Below the pieces are notes generated by a model that saw nothing but the letters and a program-made list of their open reading frames with translations, did no database searches and was not told the origin of the DNA. From an uncultured Nitrospiraceae bacterium (GTDB lineage Bacteria > Nitrospirota > Thermodesulfovibrionia > Thermodesulfovibrionales > Dissulfurispiraceae): a stretch of DNA of 64,000 nucleotides. This document shows positions 38,409-48,799 of the stretch, one piece after another (positions within the stretch are counted from its first letter, which is position 1; each line of letters starts with the position of its first letter). Made by a program: the position numbers and the translations under genes. The stretch is taken from contig CAVSHF010000003.1 of the NCBI GenBank assembly GCA_963727805.1, positions 1,248,001 through 1,312,000 of the forward strand, written 5' to 3'.

Positions 38409-39950
38409 CTAAACCGTAAGCCAGCGATGACCGTCCTCTTTGATGAGGCGATCTGCTTCTGCCGGTCCCCATGACCCAGCTTCATAATTCGGGAAATCAC
38501 CGGGGGGGAAGCTTTCCCATTTTTCGATAATCGGGTCGACTACTTCCCACATGGCATCAACCATATCTTCCCTGACAAAGAGGGTGAGGTCCCCTTTCAT
38601 GCAATCGATGAGTAATCTCTCATAAGCTCTGTAGTGCTCTTGTGGAAAGATGTCGCGATAACAGAAATCCATGTTTACCGGGTATATTTGATTCTCCGAA
38701 AATGGGTACTTGACTCCAAATCGGAGGGATATCTTTTCCTCAGGCTGGATCGTCAGGGTGAGTGTGTTAGGCTCCATAACATCGCAGGTGCGTCCGAAAA
38801 GTCTGAGCGGAAGCTGCTTGAACTGAAGGCAGATTTCGGTAACGCGTCTCTTCAGCCGCTTACCGGTGCGCACATAGAAGGGGACTTTAGCCCATCTCAG
38901 GTTATCAACATAGAACTTTCCCGCGAAAAAAGTCGGGATAACGGATAATGGTGATACCTTTTGTTCTTCCCGGTAACTCGGAACAGTTGTGCTATTTATT
39001 TTCCCTCCTCCATACTGCCCACGAACCATATACTTGTCTATATATTTACTCTCCATGGCCCTGATGGAGCGTACCACCTTGATCTTTTCATCTCTGATAT
39101 AATCTGCTTTAAATCCGATCGGCGGCTCCATGGCTATCATACCGATCAGTTGCAGAACATGGTTCTGGACAATATCCCGGACAATCCCATTCCTTTCATA
39201 AAATTCCCCTCGGAGCTCAATACCAATATCTTCCGCTACGGTTATCTGAACATTGTCAATATGCCGCTCATTCCAGAGCCGTTCGAATATAGGGTTAGTA
39301 AAACGAAGAAACATGATATTCTGAACGGTCTCTTTTCCGAGATAATGGTCGATGCGATATATCTGAGTCTCGTCAAAAGCATCTCTCAATATCGCGTTCA
39401 ACATGCCCGCGCTCTCTTGGTTCATACCCACCGGCTTTTCAACTATGATCTTTGCGTTTTTACAGAGGCTATGGTCCTTAAGAGCTTTAACGATTCCCGG
39501 GGTAGATTCAGGCGGGACGGCCAGATAATAAACAACCTCTTTGCTACCCTTCTGTGTCCTGATCGAAATCTCGTCGATTCGGGCGGATAGGCGTCTCATA
39601 GTGGCCTCCTCCCCGACATGGCCGGAAACGTAATAAAGATGCGAGATGAATTCTTCCAATGCCGACTCGCTATAAGATTTGACGGAATACTCTTCTAGGA
39701 ACTCCTTTATCAGAATCCGGAACTCGGCGTCCGTCATGCCGGTCCTCCCGAAGCCGAGTATCGAGAAATGTTTAGGTAACTCCCCATTTTTATGGAGATC
39801 AAACAGAGTCGGCATAAGCTTCTTTCTGCTCAAATCTCCGGTTCCCCCGAAGATCAGTAGAGTAAATGGTTCGATCTTTGATGCCTCTGTCGGTATGTCG
39901 CAGGCCTGGAGATACCTGCTGTCGATGACTTCATTAGTGTTAGCTGTCAT
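38409..39950 (-). CDS. zwf: Glucose-6-phosphate 1-dehydrogenase
   Basis: GGTGDL..KK, EKP.G, RIDHYLGKE, RDIVQNH, RTGKR. Confidence 0.96.
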   Translation of the reverse strand: MTANTNEVIDSRYLQACDIPTEASKIEPFTLLIFGGTGDLSRKKLMPTLFDLHKNGELPKHFSILGFGRTGMTDAEFRILIKEFLEEYSVKSYSESALEEFISHLYYVSGHVGEEATMRRLSARIDEISIRTQKGSKEVVYYLAVPPESTPGIVKALKDHSLCKNAKIIVEKPVGMNQESAGMLNAILRDAFDETQIYRIDHYLGKETVQNIMFLRFTNPIFERLWNERHIDNVQITVAEDIGIELRGEFYERNGIVRDIVQNHVLQLIGMIAMEPPIGFKADYIRDEKIKVVRSIRAMESKYIDKYMVRGQYGGGKINSTTVPSYREEQKVSPLSVIPTFFAGKFYVDNLRWAKVPFYVRTGKRLKRRVTEICLQFKQLPLRLFGRTCDVMEPNTLTLTIQPEEKISLRFGVKYPFSENQIYPVNMDFCYRDIFPQEHYRAYERLLIDCMKGDLTLFVREDMVDAMWEVVDPIIEKWESFPPGDFPNYEAGSWGPAEADRLIKEDGHRWLTV

Positions 39951-40405
39951 GTCTGCAAAAACTCCTTTTCGATGGCAGTGACCTTGCCGAGTCTCCTGAC
40001 GTGTCTTTCAGCCTCTGAAAATCTCGCCACCAGAAAAAACGAAACGAGCTCCTTGGCAAGTTCTTCGCCGATAACTCTGGCTCCAAGACAGAGGATATTG
40101 ATGTTGTCATCCTCGACGCCCTGATGGGCTGAAAACGAGTCATGGCAGAGAGCGGCTCTTATGCCTGGGAATTTATTCGCGGCGACCGATGCGCCGACCC
40201 CGCTTCCGCATATCAAGATGCCCCTATCTGCGCCTCCTTTTAGAATCGTCTCCGCAACTGCCCTCGCAAAATCGGGATAGTCGTCCAAAGGCTCATGAAC
40301 AAAAGCGCCCGCATCTATGACGTCATGTCCTTTGTCAGATAAAAAGTGTGCGATTATCCCCTTAAGATCAAACCCGCCATGGTCGGAAGCAATCACTATT
40401 TTCAT
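39947..40405 (-). CDS. rpiB: Ribose-5-phosphate isomerase B
   Basis: SDHGG, DYPD, CGSGVG..ANK..GIRAA, RH.RR. Confidence 0.93.
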   Translation of the reverse strand: MKIVIASDHGGFDLKGIIAHFLSDKGHDVIDAGAFVHEPLDDYPDFARAVAETILKGGADRGILICGSGVGASVAANKFPGIRAALCHDSFSAHQGVEDDNINILCLGARVIGEELAKELVSFFLVARFSEAERHVRRLGKVTAIEKEFLQT

Positions 40406-41268
40406 AACGCGATTAAGAGGTTCCAGTCCGCAGAGAATCTTTCCATACCCTTTACCGTCAGGTCATGCGAGATATCGAACTTCTTCCAAGGCTTCGAAAG
40501 ATCGATTTCCTTGTAAGGAATTGTTTTCAGGCCTTTTGTATCGTAATTATATCGCTTATCAGGTAAAGGCAGGCCTCGAGACCCCCATTCCTTCACTATC
40601 TCGTACGGTACCGTCACGATATCGGAGCCTAATGCGATCGCATAGAGAAGGTGTTCTATGCTTCTGACACTCGCTGTCAACACTTCAACGTGGTGATCAC
40701 TGTTTCTGTACATGCGGAGGATATTCGAAATAAGGTCTATGCCGTTTTCACCCCTGTCGTCGAGCCGGCCAATGAAGGGGGAAACGAATACATCTCCCTT
40801 GTTCGCACTTCTGGTGGCGGCATAGACGGCAGCGGCTTGCTCCTGGGTGAAGCAAAGCGTCATGTTCACCCTTATGCCGTTCTTCACCGCCTGCTCTGCA
40901 GCCTTGAGACCCTCGGCTGATAAAGGGAATTTGACATGGGCATTGGGAATCCATGAAAACATTTCTTTACCTTGTGAAAACATCACCTCAGCTTTCGTGG
41001 ATGTGTCGGCATAAACCTCGACAGATACCGAGCCACCCGGTATCAGACTCGATATCTCGGTCACCACATCCCGATAGAAGCTGAATATTTCCTTTTGGTT
41101 AAATTTCCCCCCTCTCTTGAGACGCTCCTGCGCTTCAGGGTTTTTCGAAATGAGCGTCGGATTCGTCGTCTGGCCATCGAGAAAGCCGAGAATCCTGATA
41201 CTATCTCTCGTTTCCTCAGGATTGCCGCCATCAAGAAAAATTCGGGTTTGTAGATTAGCCGGTCTCAT
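40402..41268 (-). CDS. tal: Transaldolase
   Basis: GQTTNPTLI, SVEV, VKFP, NMTLCF, SPFIGRLDD. Confidence 0.9.
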   Translation of the reverse strand: MRPANLQTRIFLDGGNPEETRDSIRILGFLDGQTTNPTLISKNPEAQERLKRGGKFNQKEIFSFYRDVVTEISSLIPGGSVSVEVYADTSTKAEVMFSQGKEMFSWIPNAHVKFPLSAEGLKAAEQAVKNGIRVNMTLCFTQEQAAAVYAATRSANKGDVFVSPFIGRLDDRGENGIDLISNILRMYRNSDHHVEVLTASVRSIEHLLYAIALGSDIVTVPYEIVKEWGSRGLPLPDKRYNYDTKGLKTIPYKEIDLSKPWKKFDISHDLTVKGMERFSADWNLLIAL

Positions 41269-43091
41269 AGCAACTCCTTTACCTTTTTGATAATCGCCTC
41301 TTTCGATATGTCCTCGAATAAGAGTAACTCTTCCGGCTTCCCGCTTTTCGGCATCTTCCGAACGGCGAGGGAATGCACGGCAGTGCCGGAGAGCGCGCTT
41401 CTCACAGCCTCACCTATACCGCCTTCTGATGCATGGTCTTCTACCGTTATGATCGCTTTGGTTGTCCTGGCGGCCTCTCTGAGGGTCGCTTCATCGAGCG
41501 GTTTGATGCTGTAAAGATCGATAACCCTCACTGCTATATTCTCTTTCATCAACTCTTCATATGCCTTTATTGATTCATGGAGGGTTACACCTGCCGCGAT
41601 TATCGTCACAGTATCAGCATCGCTCCGCTTTACAACCTTGCTTCCTCCTATGGCAAATAGTTCATCATTGTCATAGAGTATCGGGGTCTTCATTCTGGTA
41701 GTCCTGATATATACCATCCCCTTGTGCCTAGCAGCCTCTTCGACAAGCTTTTCGGTAGTCACGGCATCTGAAGGGTAGAGCACCACGCAGTCCTTGACTG
41801 TCCTGAACATGGCAATATCCTCGAGCCCCATTTGTGAAGGCCCGTCCTCGCCAATGGATACACCCGCGTGGGAACCGCAAAATTTGATGTTGGCGCGGGA
41901 ATATTGGCTCATACGTATCTGGTCAAAAGCCCGTGTAAAGAAGGCCGCAAAAGTAGAGACAAATGGGACCTTTCCCCTGCGCGCAAACCCGAGAGCCGCA
42001 CCGGCCATGTTCTGTTCTGCGATATACATTTCAAAAAACCTTTCGGGATAGGCATCCATGAATATCTCAGAGTAGGTTGAGTTACTCACTTCTCCATCCA
42101 GAACGACCATGTCGGGGAATTGGGGAAACAATCTTTTTAAAGCATGACCGTATGCCTCGCGAGTTGCGAAGGGCTTGTTCTTATCGTAAGAAATCGCAAC
42201 TGCCTCAATAGGAGCTTTCTTTTCAGCGCACTGGTCTTCAGGTTGGTCAATCTCCCCGATGACGGACATATCGACCGCGCCCAGTTCTCCAAGTGCAGTC
42301 TGAAACTCATCACGGTTGAGGGCCTTTCCATGCCAGCCGTTTTTGTCTTCGAGGAACGAAACTCCCTTCCCTTTTATAGTCCCGGCTATAATCATGATGG
42401 GTTTAGTCCGGCCCTGCGTTGCCTTCTTATACGCGTCGAGAACCTCCTCAAAATTGTGGCCGTCAATAACAATCGTATCCCAGCCGAAAGCGGAAACTCT
42501 TTTTTCATATGCTCCGAGATCGCAGCCATACATGGTTTCGCCTCTCTGCCCGAGGCGATTGACATCGATGATACCGATTAGATTGTCCAGTTTGTAATGG
42601 GCTGCAATCTGAATAGCTTCCCACTGAGACCCCTCGGCCATTTCACTGTCGCCCAGAAGCACGTAAGTCCTGTAGGCTAGCTTGTCGACATACTTTGCAT
42701 TCAATGCCTCGCCCACCCCGATTGGAAGTCCCTGTCCGAGGGAACCGGTGGCGGCCTCGGTGTATTGAAATGCAACTGCTGGATGACCTTCGAGGACGCT
42801 GCCGAATTTCCTGTAAGACTTTAGGTCCTGCTCGCCGAGCCTTCCCGCAGCGGCCCATAAGGCATAGAAAAGTGGTGTGGCGTGCCCTTTGGAAAAAATA
42901 AGCCGATCATTATTTGGTTTATTAGGTTTATCCAGGTCGAATCTGAAGACGCCCCCAAAAAGCAGACCAGTCATTAGCTCCGTCGCGGAAAGACTCGAGG
43001 TTGGATGGCCCGAACCCGCTTCTGTTGTCGAAAGAAGAATGTAATAACGGATAAGCCGGGCAATTTTTTCGAGAACTGCGATATCGTCCAT
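41265..43091 (-). CDS. tkt: Transketolase
   Basis: SGHPTSSLS, FSKGH, TGSLGQG, GDSE..EG, IAEQN, GEDGPSQ. Confidence 0.95.
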   Translation of the reverse strand: MDDIAVLEKIARLIRYYILLSTTEAGSGHPTSSLSATELMTGLLFGGVFRFDLDKPNKPNNDRLIFSKGHATPLFYALWAAAGRLGEQDLKSYRKFGSVLEGHPAVAFQYTEAATGSLGQGLPIGVGEALNAKYVDKLAYRTYVLLGDSEMAEGSQWEAIQIAAHYKLDNLIGIIDVNRLGQRGETMYGCDLGAYEKRVSAFGWDTIVIDGHNFEEVLDAYKKATQGRTKPIMIIAGTIKGKGVSFLEDKNGWHGKALNRDEFQTALGELGAVDMSVIGEIDQPEDQCAEKKAPIEAVAISYDKNKPFATREAYGHALKRLFPQFPDMVVLDGEVSNSTYSEIFMDAYPERFFEMYIAEQNMAGAALGFARRGKVPFVSTFAAFFTRAFDQIRMSQYSRANIKFCGSHAGVSIGEDGPSQMGLEDIAMFRTVKDCVVLYPSDAVTTEKLVEEAARHKGMVYIRTTRMKTPILYDNDELFAIGGSKVVKRSDADTVTIIAAGVTLHESIKAYEELMKENIAVRVIDLYSIKPLDEATLREAARTTKAIITVEDHASEGGIGEAVRSALSGTAVHSLAVRKMPKSGKPEELLLFEDISKEAIIKKVKELL

Positions 43092-43263
43092 CGAATGTCT
43101 CCTTTTACATATGATTAGTCTGCATCCGTATTTTTCCTATGCGGTTTCATCCCTCTGCTATAGTCAATATGTCTTAAATAAGTATATGGGTTTAAAGACC
43201 CAATACCAAGAGAGCACCCAGAGTCGTCTCAAGCATGTCATCACACTATTTCTCTTTAAGTGC

Positions 43264-44565
43264 CTACTCCTCAAGGAACTCGTCTCTTGAAGTCACAAGG
43301 ACAATGCCCTGTCCCGGCCTGAGGTCGTAAATAAAGGGAGACGGGATGGAGTCGAGCTGATATTCCGGAGAGATATCGACAGGTGCAGCTCCTGACTGGA
43401 GGTAATGGCCAATGTTTTCGACGTTAAAATGCTGATAGTTGTCAATATCCTTATTGAGGATAATCAGGGACTCCTCCTTCGTGCCTACCGATGCTTTCCA
43501 TATGAAAAGCACTTTCGAATTGTCGCAGTGAAAGACCATCGCAGGCCCATCCTCTTGGAAAATGCCTCGTGAGGCTTTAGTCCTGTTGACCTTCGCGATG
43601 AAGGAAGTCAGATCGATGCCCGTCTCTTCCCAATCTTCTGGCCGTGTCTTTACTACATGCATCCTCTTACGGAAGCCGAATTCGTAACCCATAGGCATCA
43701 TGACGCCACCGGAAAAGAGGGCTGCGAAAAGATAGCGCTGCTTTAGCACTTTGATATTGCCGTTCAGTTCTTCGCAGAGCCTTACTGTATCGTGGCTTTC
43801 AGGAAAGCTGATGGAAGGTGCGATGTCTCGCGTCAAAGCATACTGCTGCATAAGCCATGGGCTGTTGAAGTCCCACCACTTGGAACTGTTAAAGATATAA
43901 TCAAAACCAGCAGAGGCGGTTTTTCTTGTAAGGTCGGGCGTACAGCCGAGAGTCTCGGCGAAAAAAAGCACATCCCCATGATTCATTCGTATCTCGTCGA
44001 TAAGCCTTTTCCAAAGGCTCCTCGGCACCTGGTATGCCGCATCACACCGGAACCCCCTAAACCCGAGGGCTATCAGATATTCCACTACCTTCAGGCAATA
44101 GTCGTAGAGCCCTTCTTTATCGCGTGTTTCCCTATGATCGAATTTTGCTAGATCTGTCCAGACTACTTTCTTCCCATTTTCGTCCGCATCGGGATGGGCG
44201 ATATGGGCTCCCACCCAGACGAACCATTCGGGGTGTGATCTGAGCAAGCCCGAATCGACCGAACAGTGATTGATAACGAGGTCCACCATCATTTTCAGGC
44301 CGAGTCTTTCCGCTGATTCAATCATCTCTTTTACCTGTTCTTCGGCTGATCGTGCACTTTCGGCGTCGACCATGAGGGGATTGAAATCAAAGTAATCAGC
44401 TATCGAATAAAGGCTTCCCGAACTGCCAGTGCGTTGAATAGGATTCACAAATACCCAGTTAAACCCCATTTCTGCGACACGCGTCAAGTGCTTTTCCCAT
44501 GCCGTAACCCTACCCGCAAGTAGAGGGAATAGATTGTAAATAATCATTTTTTCAGGTTTTTTCAT
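43264..44565 (-). CDS. GH13 alpha-amylase-family glucan enzyme, cytoplasmic
   Basis: DLVINH, GFRCDAAY, FFAET, ESHD regions I-IV; GAGGTG before ATG 44565; no signal peptide. Confidence 0.88.
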   Translation of the reverse strand: MKKPEKMIIYNLFPLLAGRVTAWEKHLTRVAEMGFNWVFVNPIQRTGSSGSLYSIADYFDFNPLMVDAESARSAEEQVKEMIESAERLGLKMMVDLVINHCSVDSGLLRSHPEWFVWVGAHIAHPDADENGKKVVWTDLAKFDHRETRDKEGLYDYCLKVVEYLIALGFRGFRCDAAYQVPRSLWKRLIDEIRMNHGDVLFFAETLGCTPDLTRKTASAGFDYIFNSSKWWDFNSPWLMQQYALTRDIAPSISFPESHDTVRLCEELNGNIKVLKQRYLFAALFSGGVMMPMGYEFGFRKRMHVVKTRPEDWEETGIDLTSFIAKVNRTKASRGIFQEDGPAMVFHCDNSKVLFIWKASVGTKEESLIILNKDIDNYQHFNVENIGHYLQSGAAPVDISPEYQLDSIPSPFIYDLRPGQGIVLVTSRDEFLEE

Positions 44566-45508
44566 TATCCACCTCTTTTTGCGAACCTTTATGATAAGCT
44601 GATGATTCTTGTGCAGCCCCGCTAATTTTTTTAACGACACCATCCGCCACTTGAGGAATGCCGATCGATAAGGAATCAATAATCTCAAGTAGCCTAGAAC
44701 GGGATGTGTTAAGTAGGCTCGGAGGGATCGGCCATTGTTCAAGGATAACGCAGCCAGTAAAATGACGTTGCTGCAGTCGCTTGAAAAGTCCCATGATGCC
44801 TGAGGGATCTCTCCCCGACGGTCCAGTAAAAAGAGGAAGATGACTGTCATAATCCCCATAATTTTCGTGCATGTGGAGATGAATGATGGGCACATCAGGC
44901 CCAATTAGGTCAACGTAACGGAGATAATCGTTCCGTGTAGTGTGACAAAGATTAGCATGTCCGAGATCAAGGCAGAGACCCACGCTATCGGCAGATATAA
45001 CGCCTGGCTCACGGAGCCGCCTGAAAAGCTCGTTGATATCCGCAGGAGTGGTGTCGATCGTGTTTTCGATAGAAAGTTTTATTCCGGCCTCAACAAGTTG
45101 ATTTATAATTGGCGTAATTGTCTCATAATAAACGCGGAGTCCCCCATTCGTGGAGAGATGGATATTGAAAAGCGACGCGCCGATATCCTGCGCAAATTCT
45201 ATCGTCTCATAAATAGACTTGTCGCCCGGGGGGTTCAGAGGAATGGTACGCGATGATGCATGGACAGTCAAACAGACGTCATTGCTGCGGGCGGCTTCCT
45301 TTATGACTGATCGCTTTTCAGCCGAAATATCGCCCTCCATCCAGCCTGCACCTGAGGCTTTTTTGTCAGGGAACCACTCGAAGGCGTCGAAGCCATTCAC
45401 GACGGCGTATTCGAAAGGCTGCATTATGTTCTGAACAGTATAAGCGGTCTGGTTGCCGATCCTGATTCGAACAGTTTCTTCCATATCGAATTGTCCCTGA
45501 GATCCCAT
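44552..45508 (-). CDS. Sugar phosphate isomerase/epimerase (xylose isomerase-like TIM barrel)
   Basis: SIENT, CLDLGHA, HLHMHENYG..DSH, ILE metal-binding pattern. Confidence 0.8.
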   Translation of the reverse strand: MGSQGQFDMEETVRIRIGNQTAYTVQNIMQPFEYAVVNGFDAFEWFPDKKASGAGWMEGDISAEKRSVIKEAARSNDVCLTVHASSRTIPLNPPGDKSIYETIEFAQDIGASLFNIHLSTNGGLRVYYETITPIINQLVEAGIKLSIENTIDTTPADINELFRRLREPGVISADSVGLCLDLGHANLCHTTRNDYLRYVDLIGPDVPIIHLHMHENYGDYDSHLPLFTGPSGRDPSGIMGLFKRLQQRHFTGCVILEQWPIPPSLLNTSRSRLLEIIDSLSIGIPQVADGVVKKISGAAQESSAYHKGSQKEVDNEKT

Positions 45509-45822
45509 CCTCTCCCTCCGACGTGACGGAACGTCTGCACCACCTACGGGCTGGAAACAGGCGCATCAGGATGCCGTCGAACAACCTGCCCCTTTATCCG
45601 GATGTGAAAGCAGCCTTGCTCCCATGTATATAAAATATGCTGTTTATTCAAATTCATGCAAATTTTCATGGAGCTTGAGGAGACATAAGGATTTTTTCAT
45701 CTCTTGATTTTCGGTATCATCTGTCATAATAAATTCGTTCTGTCAACCGGACGTAGTAGCGGCAATATATGAATAAAGAGGAGGTAATGAGAGTGAAATC
45801 GTGATCGACCGATCCCGTCTAC

Positions 45823-46528
45823 ATGGAAAACATGCTCGAAGGCATAAAGAAAGACCTTGGCAAACTCAGTAACCCTGCAAAGGCTAAATACCTCCCGCGA
45901 TTCCAAAACCCTTCCGGGTGGTTATGCTAAGGGGGATATCTTCATCGGTGTCACTGTGCCAAACGTTCGCGCAGTGGCTAGAAAATACAGCAATCTGCCT
46001 CTTTCGCAGGCAAGGCACTTGCTGCGATCAAGGGTGCACGAACACAGGCTGGCAGCGCTTTTGATCCGCGTGGACTGTTTCAGGCGGTCCGGCGGACCTG
46101 AAAGAGAAAAAATCGCCGCTTTTTATCTGGATAATCTGTGCCACGTAAATAACTGGGATCTGGTAGATCTATCGGCGGACAAGATTCTCGGGAACTTTCT
46201 CTTCGATAAAGACCGAAGCATTTATACACCCTCTGCCGGTCGGACCAACTCTGGAGGCAGCGCGTTTCGATCATGTCAACCTTCTTTCATTCGTCACGGT
46301 CAATTTGATGACACATTTCGGCTAGCAGAGCAATTGCTTTCGCACAAACACGATCTCATTCATAAAGCGACAGGATGGATGCTTCGCGAGGTAGGCAAAA
46401 GGGACAAGAAAGCTGAAGAGAATTTCCTGAAAAAACATTACCACATAATGCCTCGAACCATGCTCAGGTATGCAATTGAAAAGTTCGACCCCAAGGAGCG
46501 AGAGAGCTATCTGAAAGGACTTGTCTGA
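45823..46528 (+). pseudogene. Frameshifted DNA alkylation repair (AlkD-like) gene
   Basis: N-terminus MENMLEGIKKDL..SNPAKAKYLPRF out of frame with KT..GGY..GD.FIGV.VP; NNWDLVD; HDLIHKATGWMLREVGK; conserved LWRQR.SIMSTF segment in a shifted frame. Confidence 0.82.
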
Positions 46529-46802
46529 TATACTCATGAATATAGCACTACAGTTCGCCAGCGACTCCATACAGCCCTCACATAAACCGAATCGTGCCTG
46601 CCATACATTTCGCTAAGAATCGACTGTCCCACAATCCAGAACTAGGGAACTCTTGCTTTCTAGCAACTTTTTCAAGGGAGGCAGCTTCAATCAGTATAAC
46701 TGGCTGAATCGTCCGTGACCTGTGCAGCATTTGACTTTCAGTACGGAAGGCTCGATAATCAAAATATCAGCAATTCTCTATTGCCGCGGGAGGGCGGAAG
46801 AA

Positions 46803-48200
46803 ATGAACGCATACCGTATTGAAGAAGATTCCATGGGGAAGGTCAATATACCATCAGGCGCTTTGTACGGGGCACAGACACAGCGGGCCATCGAGAATTT
46901 TCTTATCAGCGACCTGCACCTGCCGCACAGTTTTATTAAGGCGCTGGCCTTAATAAAAGACTGCGCCGCTCGGACAAATGCCGAATTGGGACTTCTTGAT
47001 CACGGTATCAGCAATGCTATAGCAGCAGCTGCAAACGAGGTTTTCGAGGGCAAATGGGTCGACGATTTCCCCATCGATGTATTCCAGACGGGCTCAGGCA
47101 CCTCCTCGAATATGAACGTCAATGAGGTGATTGCCAACCGGGCAGCACAGATACTCGACTTTGAGGTCGGGTCGAAAAGAGTCCATCCTAATGACCATGT
47201 AAATCTTTGCCAATCCTCGAATGACATTATCCCAACCGCAATTCACGTAAGCGCGCTGCTCCAAATACAGGAGATACTCATGCCCGGCCTGTCACACTTG
47301 CATTCGACGCTCATCAAGCGTGCTGTTGAATGCGATAACATCGTAAAAACTGGAAGGACACACCTGATGGATGCGTTACCGCTGCTTTTAAGTCAGGAAA
47401 TTGGTGGATGGGCTTATCAGATATCCTGGAGTATCGAGCGGATTGAGTCGTGTTTCCCCCGTCTTGCAAAACTAGCGATCGGAGGGACAGCTGTTGGCAC
47501 CGGAATAAATGCTCATCCCGAATTTGCTAACCGGGTAATAGAAAAGCTGAACGATCGGACGGGACTCGTCTTTGCCGAAACGGATAATCACTTTGCAGCG
47601 CAGGCTTCGATGGAGACGGTCGTCGAGTTGAGCGGGCATCTGAAGGCAGTGGCAGCGGCACTTTCAAAGATCTCGAATGATCTGCGCTGGATGAACAGCG
47701 GACCTGTCGCCGGACTTTCAGAGATATCCCTGCCAGCTCTCCAACCGGGATCAAGCATTATGCCGGGGAAGGTGAATCCAGTTATCTGCGAATCGGTGTT
47801 AATGGCATGTGCCCAGGTGATTGGCAACGATGCATCGATAGCGATATGCGCCAATCTCGGCAACTTTGAACTGAACACTGCGTTGCCTCTGATGGCTTAT
47901 AACATCCTTCAGTCAATAACTCTGCTCGGCAATGGAGCAACACTTCTTGCCGATAAGGCGGTTGCCGGATTCACGGTAAATGCCGAACATATCTCCGAAT
48001 TTCTCAATCGCAATCCGATACTCATTACAGTTCTCGCTCCGAAAATCGGCTATGACAAGGCTGCCCGGATCGCACAACGCGCCTTCAATGAGAAGAGGTC
48101 CATTAGGGAAATTGCATCGGAAGAACTGAAGATGCCGAAAGAGGAAATAGCGCGCATACTCGAACCGCTGAGGATGGTCCAAAAGGGTATTATCGGCTGA
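46803..48200 (+). CDS. fumC: Fumarate hydratase class II
   Basis: FQTGSGTSSNMN, HPNDHVN, GRTHLMDA, GSSIMPGKVNP. Confidence 0.93.
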   Translation: MNAYRIEEDSMGKVNIPSGALYGAQTQRAIENFLISDLHLPHSFIKALALIKDCAARTNAELGLLDHGISNAIAAAANEVFEGKWVDDFPIDVFQTGSGTSSNMNVNEVIANRAAQILDFEVGSKRVHPNDHVNLCQSSNDIIPTAIHVSALLQIQEILMPGLSHLHSTLIKRAVECDNIVKTGRTHLMDALPLLLSQEIGGWAYQISWSIERIESCFPRLAKLAIGGTAVGTGINAHPEFANRVIEKLNDRTGLVFAETDNHFAAQASMETVVELSGHLKAVAAALSKISNDLRWMNSGPVAGLSEISLPALQPGSSIMPGKVNPVICESVLMACAQVIGNDASIAICANLGNFELNTALPLMAYNILQSITLLGNGATLLADKAVAGFTVNAEHISEFLNRNPILITVLAPKIGYDKAARIAQRAFNEKRSIREIASEELKMPKEEIARILEPLRMVQKGIIG

Positions 48201-48435
48201 TAAGACAATTTAGCCAGGGGCACCTGACGCATCTGTCGCCGGCTTCTCAACCAACTATTCACTTTGATAAACGGCTTTTTATGAAACCTTGAATTGACAA
48301 TAATAAGCGTACCATTTATTTAGCTGAACACCTATCTCGGAAGGATTTGCATCAACTAAATAAGGAGAACTGCAAACAAAGATATTTGCCACGTGCAAGT
48401 GCTGTTTTCTTTCATCTCCGTAATGGCTTCAGAAA

Positions 48436-48732
48436 TTGGCGGACTTCTCAGTTATCAAAGAAGCAGGTAAACTTCAGGTTCTTTTAGCGGCAGGCAATGA
48501 ACTGAACTTGATAGATACCGAGCGCCATCTGCTTCTGCGCGCCCTCGAAAAAACGTCCCGGAATCAGATGAAAGCGGCCGCCGTGCTCGGCATCTCCCGC
48601 AACCGGCTTCGAACTGAGACGAAAAACCACGGGTTCCTGCAGGAAGAACAGTGTGAAATTCCGCAGAGCTCTGTTTCTACAGGCATACTAGAGGTAGTCA
48701 TGTCAGTCGATATCCTTAGGAAGTTTGAATAG
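48436..48732 (+). pseudogene. Isolated Fis-type HTH, likely remnant of a sigma54-dependent activator
   Basis: ERHLLLRALEKTSRNQMKAAAVLGISRNRLR; no AAA+ or receiver domain upstream; TTG start without RBS. Confidence 0.6.
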
Positions 48733-48799
48733 TTCAACTAAGCTTCATTCTACCGCAAAGTCGCAGAAGCACTCCTGAAGAACTCAGCCGTTGCACTGA

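Noticed and set aside
44566..44904. 113-aa N-terminal extension of the GH13 ORF
   Set aside because: Overlaps the TIM-barrel gene; RBS supports ATG 44565
45509..45625. In-frame upstream extension of the TIM-barrel gene through a TGA (CSTAS*CAC)
   Set aside because: No RBS at the upstream ATG, no clear SECIS-like hairpin, and a good RBS precedes the 45508 start
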